This document shows, piece after piece, positions 9,291 to 18,952 of a stretch of 32,000 nucleotides of DNA (position 1 is its first letter; every line of letters begins with the position of its first letter). The stretch is from Candidatus Saccharimonadota bacterium. GTDB lineage: Bacteria; Patescibacteriota; Saccharimonadia; Saccharimonadales; Saccharimonadaceae. A model generated the notes under the pieces. It did not search any database and was not told the origin of the DNA. It saw only the letters and a program-made list of their open reading frames with translations. The translations under genes were made by a program, and so were the position numbers. The stretch spans positions 270,001-302,000 of the forward strand of contig JBDSDX010000001.1 in NCBI GenBank assembly GCA_039920285.1. The letters run 5' to 3'.

Positions 9291-9731
9291 ATGATTATAG
9301 AGGTCAAAAGCGTCGAAGACACGCTAATAGTAGGTAAAAAGCTGGGAATGCTTTTAAGAGGTGGTGAAACCATCGAGTTAATCGGTGATATTGGTGCTGG
9401 AAAAACAACCTTTACGAAGGGTTTGGCGGCCGGACTTTTAATCGATGACGATGTACAGAGTCCTAGTTTTACGATTAGTCGAGTATACGAAGCTCGTGAC
9501 AATCTACAATTGGCACATTATGACTTTTACCGTCTCGCTGATGCGGGAATCATGAAAGATGAGCTTGCGGAAACGATGCTTGATCCGCAGACGATTACGA
9601 TTATTGAATGGGCTGATATTGTTGAAGGTATTTTGCCTGAAAACCGTCTGACGATTCAGTTTGAATCACCAACGGAAGAATCCCGTGTATTGACCCTGTC
9701 TGGTAATGAGACTATTTTGGAAAAGCTATGA
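9291..9731 (+). CDS. tsaE: tRNA t6A37 biosynthesis ATPase TsaE
   Basis: Motifs GDIGAGKTTFTKGL (P-loop), SPSFTISRVY and HYDFYRL. The ORF-track start at 9210 would overlap the divergent pilB start. ATG 9291 sits 7 nt after a -10 box. Confidence 0.88.
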   Translation: MIIEVKSVEDTLIVGKKLGMLLRGGETIELIGDIGAGKTTFTKGLAAGLLIDDDVQSPSFTISRVYEARDNLQLAHYDFYRLADAGIMKDELAETMLDPQTITIIEWADIVEGILPENRLTIQFESPTEESRVLTLSGNETILEKL

Positions 9732-10114
9732 TTTTACTTCTTGATACCTCAACACCTTTGTGTAAACTGACACTTATTGAAGGTGATTGGCGTTATGACA
9801 ATGAATGGGAAGCTAATCGTGAACTTGCAAAAGGTCTCCTCGGGTATTTACAGACTGAATGTGAGAAAAATGGTAAAAGTTGGAATGATATTTCGGGCAT
9901 CATTGGTTTTCAAGGGCCTGGCAGCTTTACAGGTCTGCGTATTGGTTTAACGGTCCTCAACACCTTCGCTAATTCGGAACAGATTCCAATTGTTGGGGTA
10001 ACCGGCGACGACTGGCAAAATGTCGGTTTGAAGCGTCTTGAAGTAGGTGAAGATGATGGAATTATTTTGCCTGAATATGGTTCTGAAGCGCACATTACAA
10101 CACCACGAAAATAA
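9728..10114 (+). CDS. tsaB: TsaB-like protein (N-terminal ASKHA half only, 128 aa)
   Basis: LLLDTSTPLCKLTL and GPGSFTGLRIGL motifs of TsaB/YeaZ. There is a 4-nt overlap with tsaE. Confidence 0.75.
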   Translation: MILLLDTSTPLCKLTLIEGDWRYDNEWEANRELAKGLLGYLQTECEKNGKSWNDISGIIGFQGPGSFTGLRIGLTVLNTFANSEQIPIVGVTGDDWQNVGLKRLEVGEDDGIILPEYGSEAHITTPRK

Positions 10115-10266
10115 CTAGACGTAGCTATTCAAAAAGAGCTACAATAAAGATAGTCCGACGTATTCAGGGACTTTGAATAAATTTTGAACTTTCAGTGTGA
10201 CCTGTTGATATCCAATGAGCTCAAGATGAACACTTGACCGGGCCACCCACTGAGGAAGGAAACAAT

Positions 10267-11778
10267 ATGGTAGAAGGAATAATTGCCGCAATAATCGGAA
10301 TTCTTGCTGGTGTGGGCGGAACAGTCACCTATGATCGTCAGCGTAAAGCTGGAGGACAGCACAAGGCTAATAAAGAGATTGTAGATGCGAAAATAAAAGC
10401 TAGCGATATTGTACTCAAAGCGAAAGATGATGCTTTGAAACTCGTTAATGATACAAAACATGAAGAAACAGAACGTCGCAGAGGTTGGGATAAAACAGAA
10501 AGTCGTCTGGCTGAACGTGAAACTAATCTCGACAAGAAAATTGATGATCTTGATAAGCGTGGTGAAAACTTACGCGCTCAAGAAGATGAAGTTGAAGATC
10601 TCAAAAATGAGATTCGTGAGATCCGTACTCGTCAACAGGACAAACTTGAAAAAATTGCTGGTCTAAAGAAAAAAGAAGCAGCTGACAAATTGATGGAAAT
10701 GACAGAACGCGATATCAAGGAAGACTTGAAGGGTCTGGTTGCAAAGCTCCAAAACGATGCGAAAGATACTGCTGAGGAAAAAGCTCAGATGATCCTTGTG
10801 ACTGCGATGGAACGAATGAGTAGCGAAGTGACCGCTGAGCGAACAGTGACTGCGATTCGCTTGACTGATGATGAGATGAAGGGCCGTATTATCGGTAAAG
10901 AAGGACGTAACATCCAAGCACTGCAACGTGCCACTGGTGTTGATATTCTTGTGGACGATACTCCTGGAATGATTATTCTTTCGAGCTTTGACCCACTACG
11001 TCGTCAAGTCGCTCGTATGACGCTCGAAATGCTCATGAAGGATGGACGTATCCACCCAGGACGCATTGAAGAAGTTGTGGCCAAAGCTGAGAAGGAAATC
11101 GAAAAAGAAACCATTCGTGCTGGTGAAGATGCTGCTCGTGAAGTTGGTGTCGTCGGTATTCCAAAGGAAATGATTCAACTACTTGGTGAACTTAAATTCC
11201 GAACCAGTTATGGTCAGAATGTTTTGATGCACAGTACGGAGATGGCGCACATGGCCGGACTCATCGCTGAAGAAATTGGTGCCGATGTCCGTATTACAAA
11301 AACTGCGACACTTTTGCACGACGTGGGTAAGGCAGTGACTCATAAGATCGAAGGCAAGCATCACCATATTGGTGCTGAGCTTGCCCGTAAGTTTGGTATG
11401 AGTGAAGCGATTGTTCATGCTATCGAAGCTCACCACGATGATATCGATGCAACAACACCGGAAGCTTTGGTTGTCCGTGTATGTGATGCATTATCTGCGG
11501 CTCGTCCGGGTGCTCGTAACATTAGCGCTGAGAACTTTGCTGAACGTATGCGTGATCTCGAGAATATCGCTAATAGCTTTAAGGGAATCCAGAAATCATA
11601 CGCCATCAGCGCTGGTCGCGAAGTGCGTGTCATGGTGACGCCTGAAGCAATTGATGACTTAAGTGCGATCAAACTCGCTCGCGACATTGCGAACAAGATT
11701 GAAAGCACGATGCAATATCCTGGAACAATTAAAATCAACGTGATTCGCGAAACTCGAGCAATCGAATACGCTAAATAG
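10267..11778 (+). CDS. rny: ribonuclease Y
   Basis: N-terminal TM, a long coiled coil, KH domain (GRIIGKEGRNIQAL) and HD domain (LLHDVGKA, EAHHDD). ATG 10267 follows SD GAGGAAGGA, so it is preferred over the ORF-track start at 10234. Confidence 0.95.
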   Translation: MVEGIIAAIIGILAGVGGTVTYDRQRKAGGQHKANKEIVDAKIKASDIVLKAKDDALKLVNDTKHEETERRRGWDKTESRLAERETNLDKKIDDLDKRGENLRAQEDEVEDLKNEIREIRTRQQDKLEKIAGLKKKEAADKLMEMTERDIKEDLKGLVAKLQNDAKDTAEEKAQMILVTAMERMSSEVTAERTVTAIRLTDDEMKGRIIGKEGRNIQALQRATGVDILVDDTPGMIILSSFDPLRRQVARMTLEMLMKDGRIHPGRIEEVVAKAEKEIEKETIRAGEDAAREVGVVGIPKEMIQLLGELKFRTSYGQNVLMHSTEMAHMAGLIAEEIGADVRITKTATLLHDVGKAVTHKIEGKHHHIGAELARKFGMSEAIVHAIEAHHDDIDATTPEALVVRVCDALSAARPGARNISAENFAERMRDLENIANSFKGIQKSYAISAGREVRVMVTPEAIDDLSAIKLARDIANKIESTMQYPGTIKINVIRETRAIEYAK

Positions 11779-11780
11779 TT

Positions 11781-12500
11781 ATGTCGGAAATTCGTAATTA
11801 CGATACTGCTACTGATGTTGCTGAGGCCGCGGCTGAAAACGCTGTTGAAATATTAGCGAGAGCAATTGAGATGCACGGTTCAGCGAGCTGGGTTTTAGCA
11901 GGAGGAACTTCACCGATTGCGGCGTACAAGATTTTAGTGAAGAGGTATCACGACGTGCTCGATTGGAGTAAAGTCACGATCTTAGTTGGCGATGAACGCG
12001 TCGTTCCAATAGATAATGCTGAATCAAATTGGGGAACGATCACTGACATATTTGATAAAAGTCCCGAGCTTTCAAGTATGCGCCGAGTAGTTCCTGATCT
12101 TTCAGGAACTGCAGAAGAAGCGGCAACTGAATATGATCGTATGGTACGACAACTTGCAGGAGAACGTCGATTTGATTTGGTGTGGGTAGGAGTCGGGGAG
12201 GACGGACACTCGATGTCGCTATTTCCTGGCAATGCAGGATTTGTAGACGTAACTGAAGACTGGGTTATCCCGGTACATAATTCACCAAAACCACCCTCGG
12301 ATCGTTTTTCATTTTCTTTGAAAGCGCTGGAACACGTTCATGAACTCGTCATCTTTGCGGTTGGTGCCTCAAAGAAAGACGCTTTGCACGAAGCTCGTCT
12401 GAAAGGCAAGCTTCCTGTTGCTGTTGTCGCTGATACGGTCGAAGCGTACGGGGGAGAAGTCCGCTGGTTGTATGATGATCCTGCTTGGGGAGAAAAATAA
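11781..12500 (+). CDS. pgl: 6-phosphogluconolactonase
   Basis: GGTSP, GDERVVP and GVGEDGHSMSLFPG motifs of the 6PGL/DevB family. Confidence 0.85.
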   Translation: MSEIRNYDTATDVAEAAAENAVEILARAIEMHGSASWVLAGGTSPIAAYKILVKRYHDVLDWSKVTILVGDERVVPIDNAESNWGTITDIFDKSPELSSMRRVVPDLSGTAEEAATEYDRMVRQLAGERRFDLVWVGVGEDGHSMSLFPGNAGFVDVTEDWVIPVHNSPKPPSDRFSFSLKALEHVHELVIFAVGASKKDALHEARLKGKLPVAVVADTVEAYGGEVRWLYDDPAWGEK

Positions 12501-12507
12501 GCAATCG

Positions 12508-13230
12508 CTAGTTTAGGTACGATCGTGCCTGTGGAGTGTGGTCTTTATTTGCTAGTTTTATGTCTAATGTAAGCGCTCGATGATCCGATAGCGTGTCATC
12601 GGAGAGCGAGACGTCGAGGATAAGATCGGCCTTAGGAATGAGTACATAATCAATACGCATATTGTTCTCAGGTTTGCTGATATATGGTTGCGACGTTGAA
12701 GCAAGATACTTGCCTTGCCATAATCCGACATGTTTGAGATCAGGCATATTGAAGTCACCAACAATAATTCGTTGTTCATGACGACTTTCTAAGATATGTA
12801 ATAATTCATCGAGATGGTCATATGCCATTTCGGGATTCTCTGAAAAGTGAACGTTAGCAAATTTAATAATCTGTCCGTGATACTGAATATCGAATAATTG
12901 GACGATGCGTTGAAGATGATCGAGTGGGTCTTGATTGAGTACGAGTGTCTCAGATGTGGTAATCGGAAACTTACTTAGTACAGCCAGGCCTTCACGATAA
13001 TTCTTGTAGATAGGACTGGTTTGTAATCGACTAATAACTGACTGTTCGTGCTCGTAGTGAAGGTAGCGATTGAGCAAGACAGCTTGATTATTGGGTGAAA
13101 CTTCAGGCAAGAAAACGACTTCCTGAAAAAAGATAATGTCGGGTGCCTCATTCTTCAAGTAGCGAAGAATGTGAGGTTCTCGTTTTTTCCAATTTATAAA
13201 CGCTTGTAGATTAAGAGACGTTAGTTTCAT
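12508..13230 (-). CDS. endonuclease/exonuclease/phosphatase (EEP) family protein
   Basis: 240 aa. PDIIFFQEV near the N-terminus, IIVGDFN and a C-terminal SDHRAL are characteristic EEP catalytic motifs. SD GAGG lies upstream. Confidence 0.8.
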   Translation of the reverse strand: MKLTSLNLQAFINWKKREPHILRYLKNEAPDIIFFQEVVFLPEVSPNNQAVLLNRYLHYEHEQSVISRLQTSPIYKNYREGLAVLSKFPITTSETLVLNQDPLDHLQRIVQLFDIQYHGQIIKFANVHFSENPEMAYDHLDELLHILESRHEQRIIVGDFNMPDLKHVGLWQGKYLASTSQPYISKPENNMRIDYVLIPKADLILDVSLSDDTLSDHRALTLDIKLANKDHTPQARSYLN

Positions 13231-13287
13231 TACCTCTAAATTTTAACAGTTATATATTGAAATGGTTATGTTAAAAATTAATCCTAT

Positions 13288-13319
13288 AAAAAAAGACCGT
13301 CATTGACGGTCATTTTTTT
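13288..13319 (-). terminator. bidirectional intrinsic terminator immediately 3' of tRNA-Pro
   Basis: A7-GACCGT-CATTG-ACGGTC-A-T8. The hairpin is flanked by A and T runs on both sides. Confidence 0.7.
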
Positions 13320-13395
13320 TGGTCGGGGTGAAAGGGCTCAAACCTTCGACCTCTCGGTCCCAAACCGAGCGCGCTATCAACTGCGCCACACCCCG
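13320..13395 (-). tRNA. tRNA-Pro (anticodon UGG), CCA encoded
   Basis: Hand-folded cloverleaf: CGGGGTG-TG-GCGC-AGTTGATA-GCGC-G-CTCGG-TTTGGGA-CCGAG-AGGTC-GAAGG-TTTGAGC-CCTTT-CACCCCG-A-CCA. It is 76 nt, with G37 3' of the anticodon. Confidence 0.9.
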
Positions 13396-13495
13396 AAAAG
13401 GTGACTTGGGTAATTATACCCTAGTGACGATGGTTTTTCTAGTGGTCACGTTGTCAATTGGGTATCAGTCACGGTATGATAGTAGCAACACATTT

Positions 13496-15061
13496 ATGAA
13501 AGACTTATTTAAGAAAAAAATTGCATTCGTGAAACGCCACCCTCGATTGGATATAGTATTCTTGTTAGTTGGTTTGGCTATCTTTGCGACCATTACACTT
13601 TTGAACGCAAGCCGTGCATCGATTTGGTTTGACGAAGCATTTAGTGCGTACATCGCGCAGTTTAGTTTTGCGGATATTGCTACCTTCACCGCATCTGACG
13701 TACATCCACCATTTTATTATTGGGTGTTGAAAGTTTGGACGATGTTCTTTGGGACTGATGAGCTCGGTTTCCGCTCAATGAGTATGTTCTTTGGCGCTGG
13801 AGTGATTACTGCGGCGACATTGTTGGCACGTCGTTTCTTTGGTCGTCTCGTTGCAGGTGTGACACTATTATTCTTAATTGTTTCACCAATGTTGATCCGT
13901 TATAGCGATGAAGCGCGCATGTACACATTAGCCGCAGCTATTATCTTGATTGCAACGTACGTTCTTGTGAAAGCAACCGAAACCAATAAACGATGGCAAT
14001 GGATTGTCTACGGCATTTTAATTGCACTCGGTATGTGGACGCATTATTTTACTGCCTTGGCGTGGATTGCACACTGGGTATGGAGGGCTATTGTTATTCG
14101 AAAGAGCACAACAAAGCCGAAACTATTTTGGAAAAAATTCTTTACGAAAAATTGGATCGTTGCACACATAGTTGCCGCCGCGTTGTTCTTGCCATGGATC
14201 CCATTCATGGTGATCCAACTTGGTGGTATCCAAGCGAGCGGGTTCTGGATCGGTCCAGTCGGCGTCAATAGTGTGACGAATTACTTCACGAACCTCTTCT
14301 ATTATCTCGAACACGATCAAGTAGAGGGCTGGGCTGGGGTTGCATTAATTGTTGTACTTGTTGGACTGGGTATCTTGGCCTACCGAACATACCGTAGCTT
14401 TAAAAAAGAAACGAAGACGCAGTACCTATTGGTAAGCGCCTTGGCGTTTGTACCGGTCCTCTTCTTATTTGTCGTGTCGTTACCGCCATTACACTCGTCA
14501 TTTGTTGAACGCTACTTATTGCCAGCGATTGTTGGTTTTGCAATGTTTGCAGCTGTGACAATTGTTGTCGGAACCCGTCGTTGGAAGCCTGTATTTCGTG
14601 TCGCCAGTGTGTTAGTGCTTGTCGGTATGATGGTGTACGGTATCGTGAATGTCTATCATTATGGTAACTATAACAAGAATTCAAATACTCATGTCCTCAC
14701 GCAGGAACTCGTTCAAAAGATTGCCGCTGAAGCAAAGCCTGGTGAGCCGATTGTTGCAAATGCACCATGGATTTTCTATGAGGCGGTCTTTTATAACTCA
14801 GCTGACCACCCTATCTATTTCATTGATCAAGATACGCAGTATATTTATGGCTCACTTGAGATGCTAAAGACGCGTGACCAGCACAAGATTATAGACATTG
14901 ATGCGTTCACGAAGGAACATCCCACTATTTGGTATATTGGTGTCTCTGGTGGCGACATTGAAAGTTCTCGATCAGACTGGCACAAAGTAAAAAGCATCTC
15001 AGTCACCAGTCCTGTTGACGGCCAAACATTGTACCGGGCAACTGAGTTTACGATTAACTAG
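13496..15061 (+). CDS. GT-C fold glycosyltransferase (family 39 / PMT_2 / ArnT-like), polytopic membrane protein
   Basis: About 12 TM helices. The first-loop motif is WFDEAFSAY followed by DVHPPFYYWV (the HPPLYY-type motif of PMT_2 enzymes), and there is a soluble C-terminal domain. The ORF-track start at 13319 overlaps the tRNA; ATG 13496 follows TTGTCA-18-TATGAT. Confidence 0.75.
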   Translation: MKDLFKKKIAFVKRHPRLDIVFLLVGLAIFATITLLNASRASIWFDEAFSAYIAQFSFADIATFTASDVHPPFYYWVLKVWTMFFGTDELGFRSMSMFFGAGVITAATLLARRFFGRLVAGVTLLFLIVSPMLIRYSDEARMYTLAAAIILIATYVLVKATETNKRWQWIVYGILIALGMWTHYFTALAWIAHWVWRAIVIRKSTTKPKLFWKKFFTKNWIVAHIVAAALFLPWIPFMVIQLGGIQASGFWIGPVGVNSVTNYFTNLFYYLEHDQVEGWAGVALIVVLVGLGILAYRTYRSFKKETKTQYLLVSALAFVPVLFLFVVSLPPLHSSFVERYLLPAIVGFAMFAAVTIVVGTRRWKPVFRVASVLVLVGMMVYGIVNVYHYGNYNKNSNTHVLTQELVQKIAAEAKPGEPIVANAPWIFYEAVFYNSADHPIYFIDQDTQYIYGSLEMLKTRDQHKIIDIDAFTKEHPTIWYIGVSGGDIESSRSDWHKVKSISVTSPVDGQTLYRATEFTIN

Positions 15062-16127
15062 GAATGACTTTTTGAACGAACGGAATCTTGATCATTGCCC
15101 ATACTATGAGGATACAGATAATACCGAGTAGGCTGTTGATAACAATACTGTCGCTCCCGATAGTAAAGTAGCTAATCAAACAGATCGCGACACCGTGTAA
15201 TATGTATGCGGTGAGAGAATGTGTTCCGAAAGTCAGTAGTAACCAGCCAAACGCTTTGCCAATATACTTTCCTAAGAGATTAAAGATGAGGATAAAACCG
15301 GTAAACCAGAGGAATGCCATAATAACGCGCCAAGGTCCGATCGCACTCTTCTCGAATGAGTCGTTTATTTGTTCCGCAAGAGTAGCGAAATCTCCACCGT
15401 AAAACGTCATAATTATCGAGAGTCCAATCGTGAGAATGGTGAGGCCTATAGTCATGCTTGTGAGCACGAGACGTGCTTTACGAGTAAGAGCATTCCACCA
15501 TTTTAGAATTGATGGTAAGTAGAATCCTGCCACGCTAGGAATAAAGAAAATGATTTGCCATTGAAGTGCTTGGTTGTTCGTCATGTAGCCGACGACAAGC
15601 ATAAAAATACTGAGTAAAACAACCAACCACGCTTTATTGCGACGAAGTAACCATATAGCCAGAGGTGCTGCGGCTAAGAACAGGGCATACAGAGTAAGGA
15701 AGTGAGACCAGACGTATGTATATTGCAGCGTAAGAGTCTGATATATTAATTCACTCCACTGACCGTGATCGATCGGCATGCCCGGCGCACCTCCCTTTAG
15801 AGGAACGTACCAGATGATTGCGGTGTAGATGAGGGTAGTAATGATCGACCAGATGTAGAGCTGGCCCGCACGTCGAAGTAATTTAATCGAGACTTCTTTC
15901 ATAGGCAAGTCTTGGTTTTTGTATCCACGAACGTAACCGACGAGTAACCCAGAAATAGCGACGAAGCCTTCAGCGGCTGTCACCCAGAGAAGAGCTTTAC
16001 CGCTGATCAATGCGAGAACACTTGGCCACCTCGCGAGATGATCCACGATGATGACGACGATAAAAAAGCCTCGAAGGTAATCGAGCGTGATAAGCCGGTT
16101 CTTCTTTTTTTCTACAGACTGGGGCAC
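15054..16127 (-). CDS. acyltransferase-3 / OpgC / DUF1624-like integral membrane protein
   Basis: 357 aa with about 10 TM helices. The N-terminal LITLDYLRGFFIVVIIVDHL is typical of these membrane acyltransferases. The start is GTG, 7 nt after a TATAAT box (16140-16135). Confidence 0.65.
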   Translation of the reverse strand: MPQSVEKKKNRLITLDYLRGFFIVVIIVDHLARWPSVLALISGKALLWVTAAEGFVAISGLLVGYVRGYKNQDLPMKEVSIKLLRRAGQLYIWSIITTLIYTAIIWYVPLKGGAPGMPIDHGQWSELIYQTLTLQYTYVWSHFLTLYALFLAAAPLAIWLLRRNKAWLVVLLSIFMLVVGYMTNNQALQWQIIFFIPSVAGFYLPSILKWWNALTRKARLVLTSMTIGLTILTIGLSIIMTFYGGDFATLAEQINDSFEKSAIGPWRVIMAFLWFTGFILIFNLLGKYIGKAFGWLLLTFGTHSLTAYILHGVAICLISYFTIGSDSIVINSLLGIICILIVWAMIKIPFVQKVIPS

Positions 16128-16146
16128 TTTGTTTATTATACAGGCT

Positions 16147-16174
16147 TTGCTGGGAGAGGCCTGAAGGCTATACT
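16147..16174 (+). promoter_or_regulatory. candidate tilS promoter TTGCTG-16-TATACT
   Basis: The -10 ends 11 nt before ATG 16186, with no SD. Confidence 0.35.
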
Positions 16175-16185
16175 AGAAGTACTTG

Positions 16186-17010
16186 ATGAGTCGGTATATC
16201 GTTGCGGTCAGTGGGGGAGTTGATTCAGTTGTACTACTGGATAAACTCACAAAGGTTCCCGAACACGAATATGTGGTCGCTCACTTTGACCATGGCATTC
16301 GTTCTGATTCAGCCGAGGATGCTTTGTTTGTCGAAGCACTCGCTCGAAACTATGGACTTCCTTTTGAAACGAGACGAGAAGAACTGGGCGTGGAGGCGAG
16401 TGAGGAACTCGCCCGCGAAAGACGCTATGTTTTCCTTCGTGAAATGGCTGACAAACACTCTGCTCGTATCGTGACTGCCCACCACGCCGATGATGCAATT
16501 GAAACACTTGCAATTAATCTCAAACGAGGCACAGGCTGGCGAGGATTAGCTGCGCTTGATTCGCCTGACATCTCCCGACCACTTTTACGGGCTCATAAAT
16601 CTGAATTACACGACTACGCTTTAAAGCAACGACTTGAATGGCGTGAAGATAGTACGAATGCAAGTGATGTATACCTTCGGAATCGACTTCGTCGACTTGT
16701 TTCAGCAGTTCCTCATATTGAAAAACGACAATTACTGATTCTTCGTGAACAACAATTGTTGTGTCGGCAATTGATTGACAAAGAAGTTACCCGCCTCGTT
16801 GGGCCAGGACCTCACTACAGCCGGTACTTCTTTACTCATGTGCCAAAAGTCGTTGCAATGGAATGTTTGCGCTTTGTCACAGATGCTCGTTTAACGCGAC
16901 CACAACTTGAACGTGCGCTACTTGCTATTAAGACGGCTCACAAAGGCCATGCATATGAGGCGGGAGCGGGAATTACTCTCCGTTTCACTACTCGTAATTT
17001 TTCTCTGTAA
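16186..17010 (+). CDS. tilS: tRNA(Ile)-lysidine synthase, short form
   Basis: PP-loop VAVSGGVDSVVLL plus AHHADD. It sits next to ftsH, which is conserved synteny. The ORF-track start at 16183 is a TTG one codon upstream. Confidence 0.88.
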   Translation: MSRYIVAVSGGVDSVVLLDKLTKVPEHEYVVAHFDHGIRSDSAEDALFVEALARNYGLPFETRREELGVEASEELARERRYVFLREMADKHSARIVTAHHADDAIETLAINLKRGTGWRGLAALDSPDISRPLLRAHKSELHDYALKQRLEWREDSTNASDVYLRNRLRRLVSAVPHIEKRQLLILREQQLLCRQLIDKEVTRLVGPGPHYSRYFFTHVPKVVAMECLRFVTDARLTRPQLERALLAIKTAHKGHAYEAGAGITLRFTTRNFSL

Positions 17011-17072
17011 CTGATAAAATTAAGAGTGAAGAAAGAAATACTCGTCTACCCCCGAAAGGAACATACTTTTTT

Positions 17073-18929
17073 ATGGCCATGAAATCCCCTCTTCAACCGA
17101 AGAAACCAAATACTATTATCCGATTAACCCTTTTCTGGGCAATTCTTGTTTTTGGTGTCCTTATTGCGATTGCCGTTGCGACTCCACACGATAACCTTAA
17201 AGAGGTTTCACTTTCGAGTGTCATCGAACGAGCTAACGCGGGCGATATATCTAAAATTGAAGTACAAGGCGACGACCTGAAGATCACACCAAAGGGAAGT
17301 GATAAAGCAACCGAGAAGTCGACGAAGGATAGTACCAGCAGCATCACCGAACAAGGTGTGAAACAAGGCGTTACTGAGATTTCCGTCGTTCCTGTTTCAT
17401 CGACCGGTAGCGTGCTTTGGAACTTGGCGATTATCATTATCCCAGTCCTTTTGATTGCTGCCTTCTTTATGTTTATGATGCGTCAAGCGCAAGGTCAGAA
17501 CAACCAAGCTCTCGGCTTTGGTAAATCAAAAGCTAAACTGTACGGTGAAGATAAAACAAAAGTCGTCTTCGCGGACATTGCTGGTAACGATTCAGCCAAG
17601 CAAGACCTCGAAGAGGTGGTTGATTTCTTGAAGCATCCAAAGAAATACGAATCACTTGGTGCGAAGATTCCAAAAGGTGTCCTTCTTGTGGGTAACCCGG
17701 GTACAGGTAAAACTATGCTTGCTCGTGCTGTTGCCGGTGAAGCGAGTGTGCCATTCTTCAGCATTAGTGGTTCTGAATTCGTTGAAATGTTCGTTGGTGT
17801 TGGTGCTTCTCGTGTTCGTGACTTGTTTGCGAAAGCTAAGAAAAACTCTCCTGCGATTATCTTTATTGATGAGATTGATGCGGTTGGACGACGTCGTGGA
17901 AGTGGTATGGGTGGTGGACACGACGAACGTGAACAAACGCTTAACCAAATTTTGGTTGAAATGGATGGATTTGAAACTGGTACGAACGTCATTGTCTTGG
18001 CGGCAACGAACCGTGCCGACGTTCTTGACCCAGCTTTGCTTCGTCCAGGTCGTTTCGATCGACGAACAAACATTACACTACCTGAACGAAGAGACCGCGA
18101 AGCAATATTGAAGGTTCACTTCAAGAATAAACCAGCAGATGACACTGTAAATCTTGATAAGCTTGCAGCAAAGACTGCAGGATCATCAGGAGCCGACTTG
18201 GCGAACATTGCCAACGAAGCGGCTATCATTGCGGCGCGACGTAACTCGAAAAAGATTAGCAATGCTGATCTGACTGAAGCATTTGAAAAAGTTGCCATCG
18301 GTCCAGAACGCAAGACTAAGATCATGAACGATGAAGAAAAAGAAATGACTGCGTATCACGAAGCTGGTCACGCAATTGTTGGACATGTTTTGCCTCACAG
18401 CGACCCTGTTCACAAAGTCACGATCATCCCTCGTGGTGGTACTGGTGGTGTGACATGGTTCTTGCCACCTGAAGATAAGAGCTACACGAGTCTCCTTGAG
18501 TTCAAGGACATCCTCGCCCGCGCACTTGGTGGCCGTGTTGCTGAAAAGATTATCTATGGCAAAGATCAAATCACCACTGGTGCTGGTTCTGACCTTCGCA
18601 AGGCAACTGAAATTGCTCGCGACATGGTGATTGAGCAAGGCATGGGTACGAAGCTACGCGACCAAGTCTTCCATGAAGACAACGGTGGTATGATGTTCGA
18701 CCGTATGACACACGAACGTCCATATAGTGACGATACTGCTCGTGAGATTGATAAAGAAGTTGCTGAGTTGATTCAAGAAGCGGCTCGTCGTGCTGAAATC
18801 GTTATCTCACAAAATATGCCGAGCCTAAAGAAACTAGCTGATGCACTTCTCAAAGAAGAGACTCTTGAAGAAGAAGCTGTTGTCGCACTCCTTAAGGGTA
18901 CCAAACTTCCTAAGGAGGCCTCGCTTTAA
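17073..18929 (+). CDS. ftsH: ATP-dependent zinc metalloprotease FtsH
   Basis: Two TM helices, AAA Walker A GNPGTGKT, Walker [12 protein letters not shown] region and HEAGHAIVG zinc motif. Confidence 0.98.
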   Translation: MAMKSPLQPKKPNTIIRLTLFWAILVFGVLIAIAVATPHDNLKEVSLSSVIERANAGDISKIEVQGDDLKITPKGSDKATEKSTKDSTSSITEQGVKQGVTEISVVPVSSTGSVLWNLAIIIIPVLLIAAFFMFMMRQAQGQNNQALGFGKSKAKLYGEDKTKVVFADIAGNDSAKQDLEEVVDFLKHPKKYESLGAKIPKGVLLVGNPGTGKTMLARAVAGEASVPFFSISGSEFVEMFVGVGASRVRDLFAKAKKNSPAIIFIDEIDAVGRRRGSGMGGGHDEREQTLNQILVEMDGFETGTNVIVLAATNRADVLDPALLRPGRFDRRTNITLPERRDREAILKVHFKNKPADDTVNLDKLAAKTAGSSGADLANIANEAAIIAARRNSKKISNADLTEAFEKVAIGPERKTKIMNDEEKEMTAYHEAGHAIVGHVLPHSDPVHKVTIIPRGGTGGVTWFLPPEDKSYTSLLEFKDILARALGGRVAEKIIYGKDQITTGAGSDLRKATEIARDMVIEQGMGTKLRDQVFHEDNGGMMFDRMTHERPYSDDTAREIDKEVAELIQEAARRAEIVISQNMPSLKKLADALLKEETLEEEAVVALLKGTKLPKEASL

Positions 18930-18952
18930 ACCGAGCGCGTGACTCATACATC

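Noticed and set aside
10115-10266. 150-nt untranslated region upstream of rny, examined for a riboswitch or small RNA
   Set aside because: It contains only short weak hairpins (GTAGCT-N10-AGCTAC and AGTCC-N11-GGACT), with no terminator and no recognisable conserved motif. That is insufficient evidence.
13319-13495. N-terminal 59 codons of the 580-aa ORF-track entry (TTG start)
   Set aside because: This part overlaps the tRNA-Pro gene and its terminator on the other strand. A promoter-like TTGTCA-18-TATGAT and ATG 13496 give a sensible membrane-protein N-terminus.
13231-13495. tRNA-Pro as a possible integration site for a genomic island
   Set aside because: There is no integrase or recombinase and no direct repeat of the tRNA 3' end visible in the window. 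The flanking genes are ordinary metabolic or envelope genes.
17495-18638. Long minus-strand ORFs (192 aa, 98 aa, 150 aa) and a 151-aa plus-strand off-frame ORF inside ftsH
   Set aside because: They are entirely nested in the strongly supported FtsH frame. Their translations are Arg/Ser/Pro-rich and low-complexity, as expected for antisense or off-frame reading of an AAA domain, and they have no start signals.
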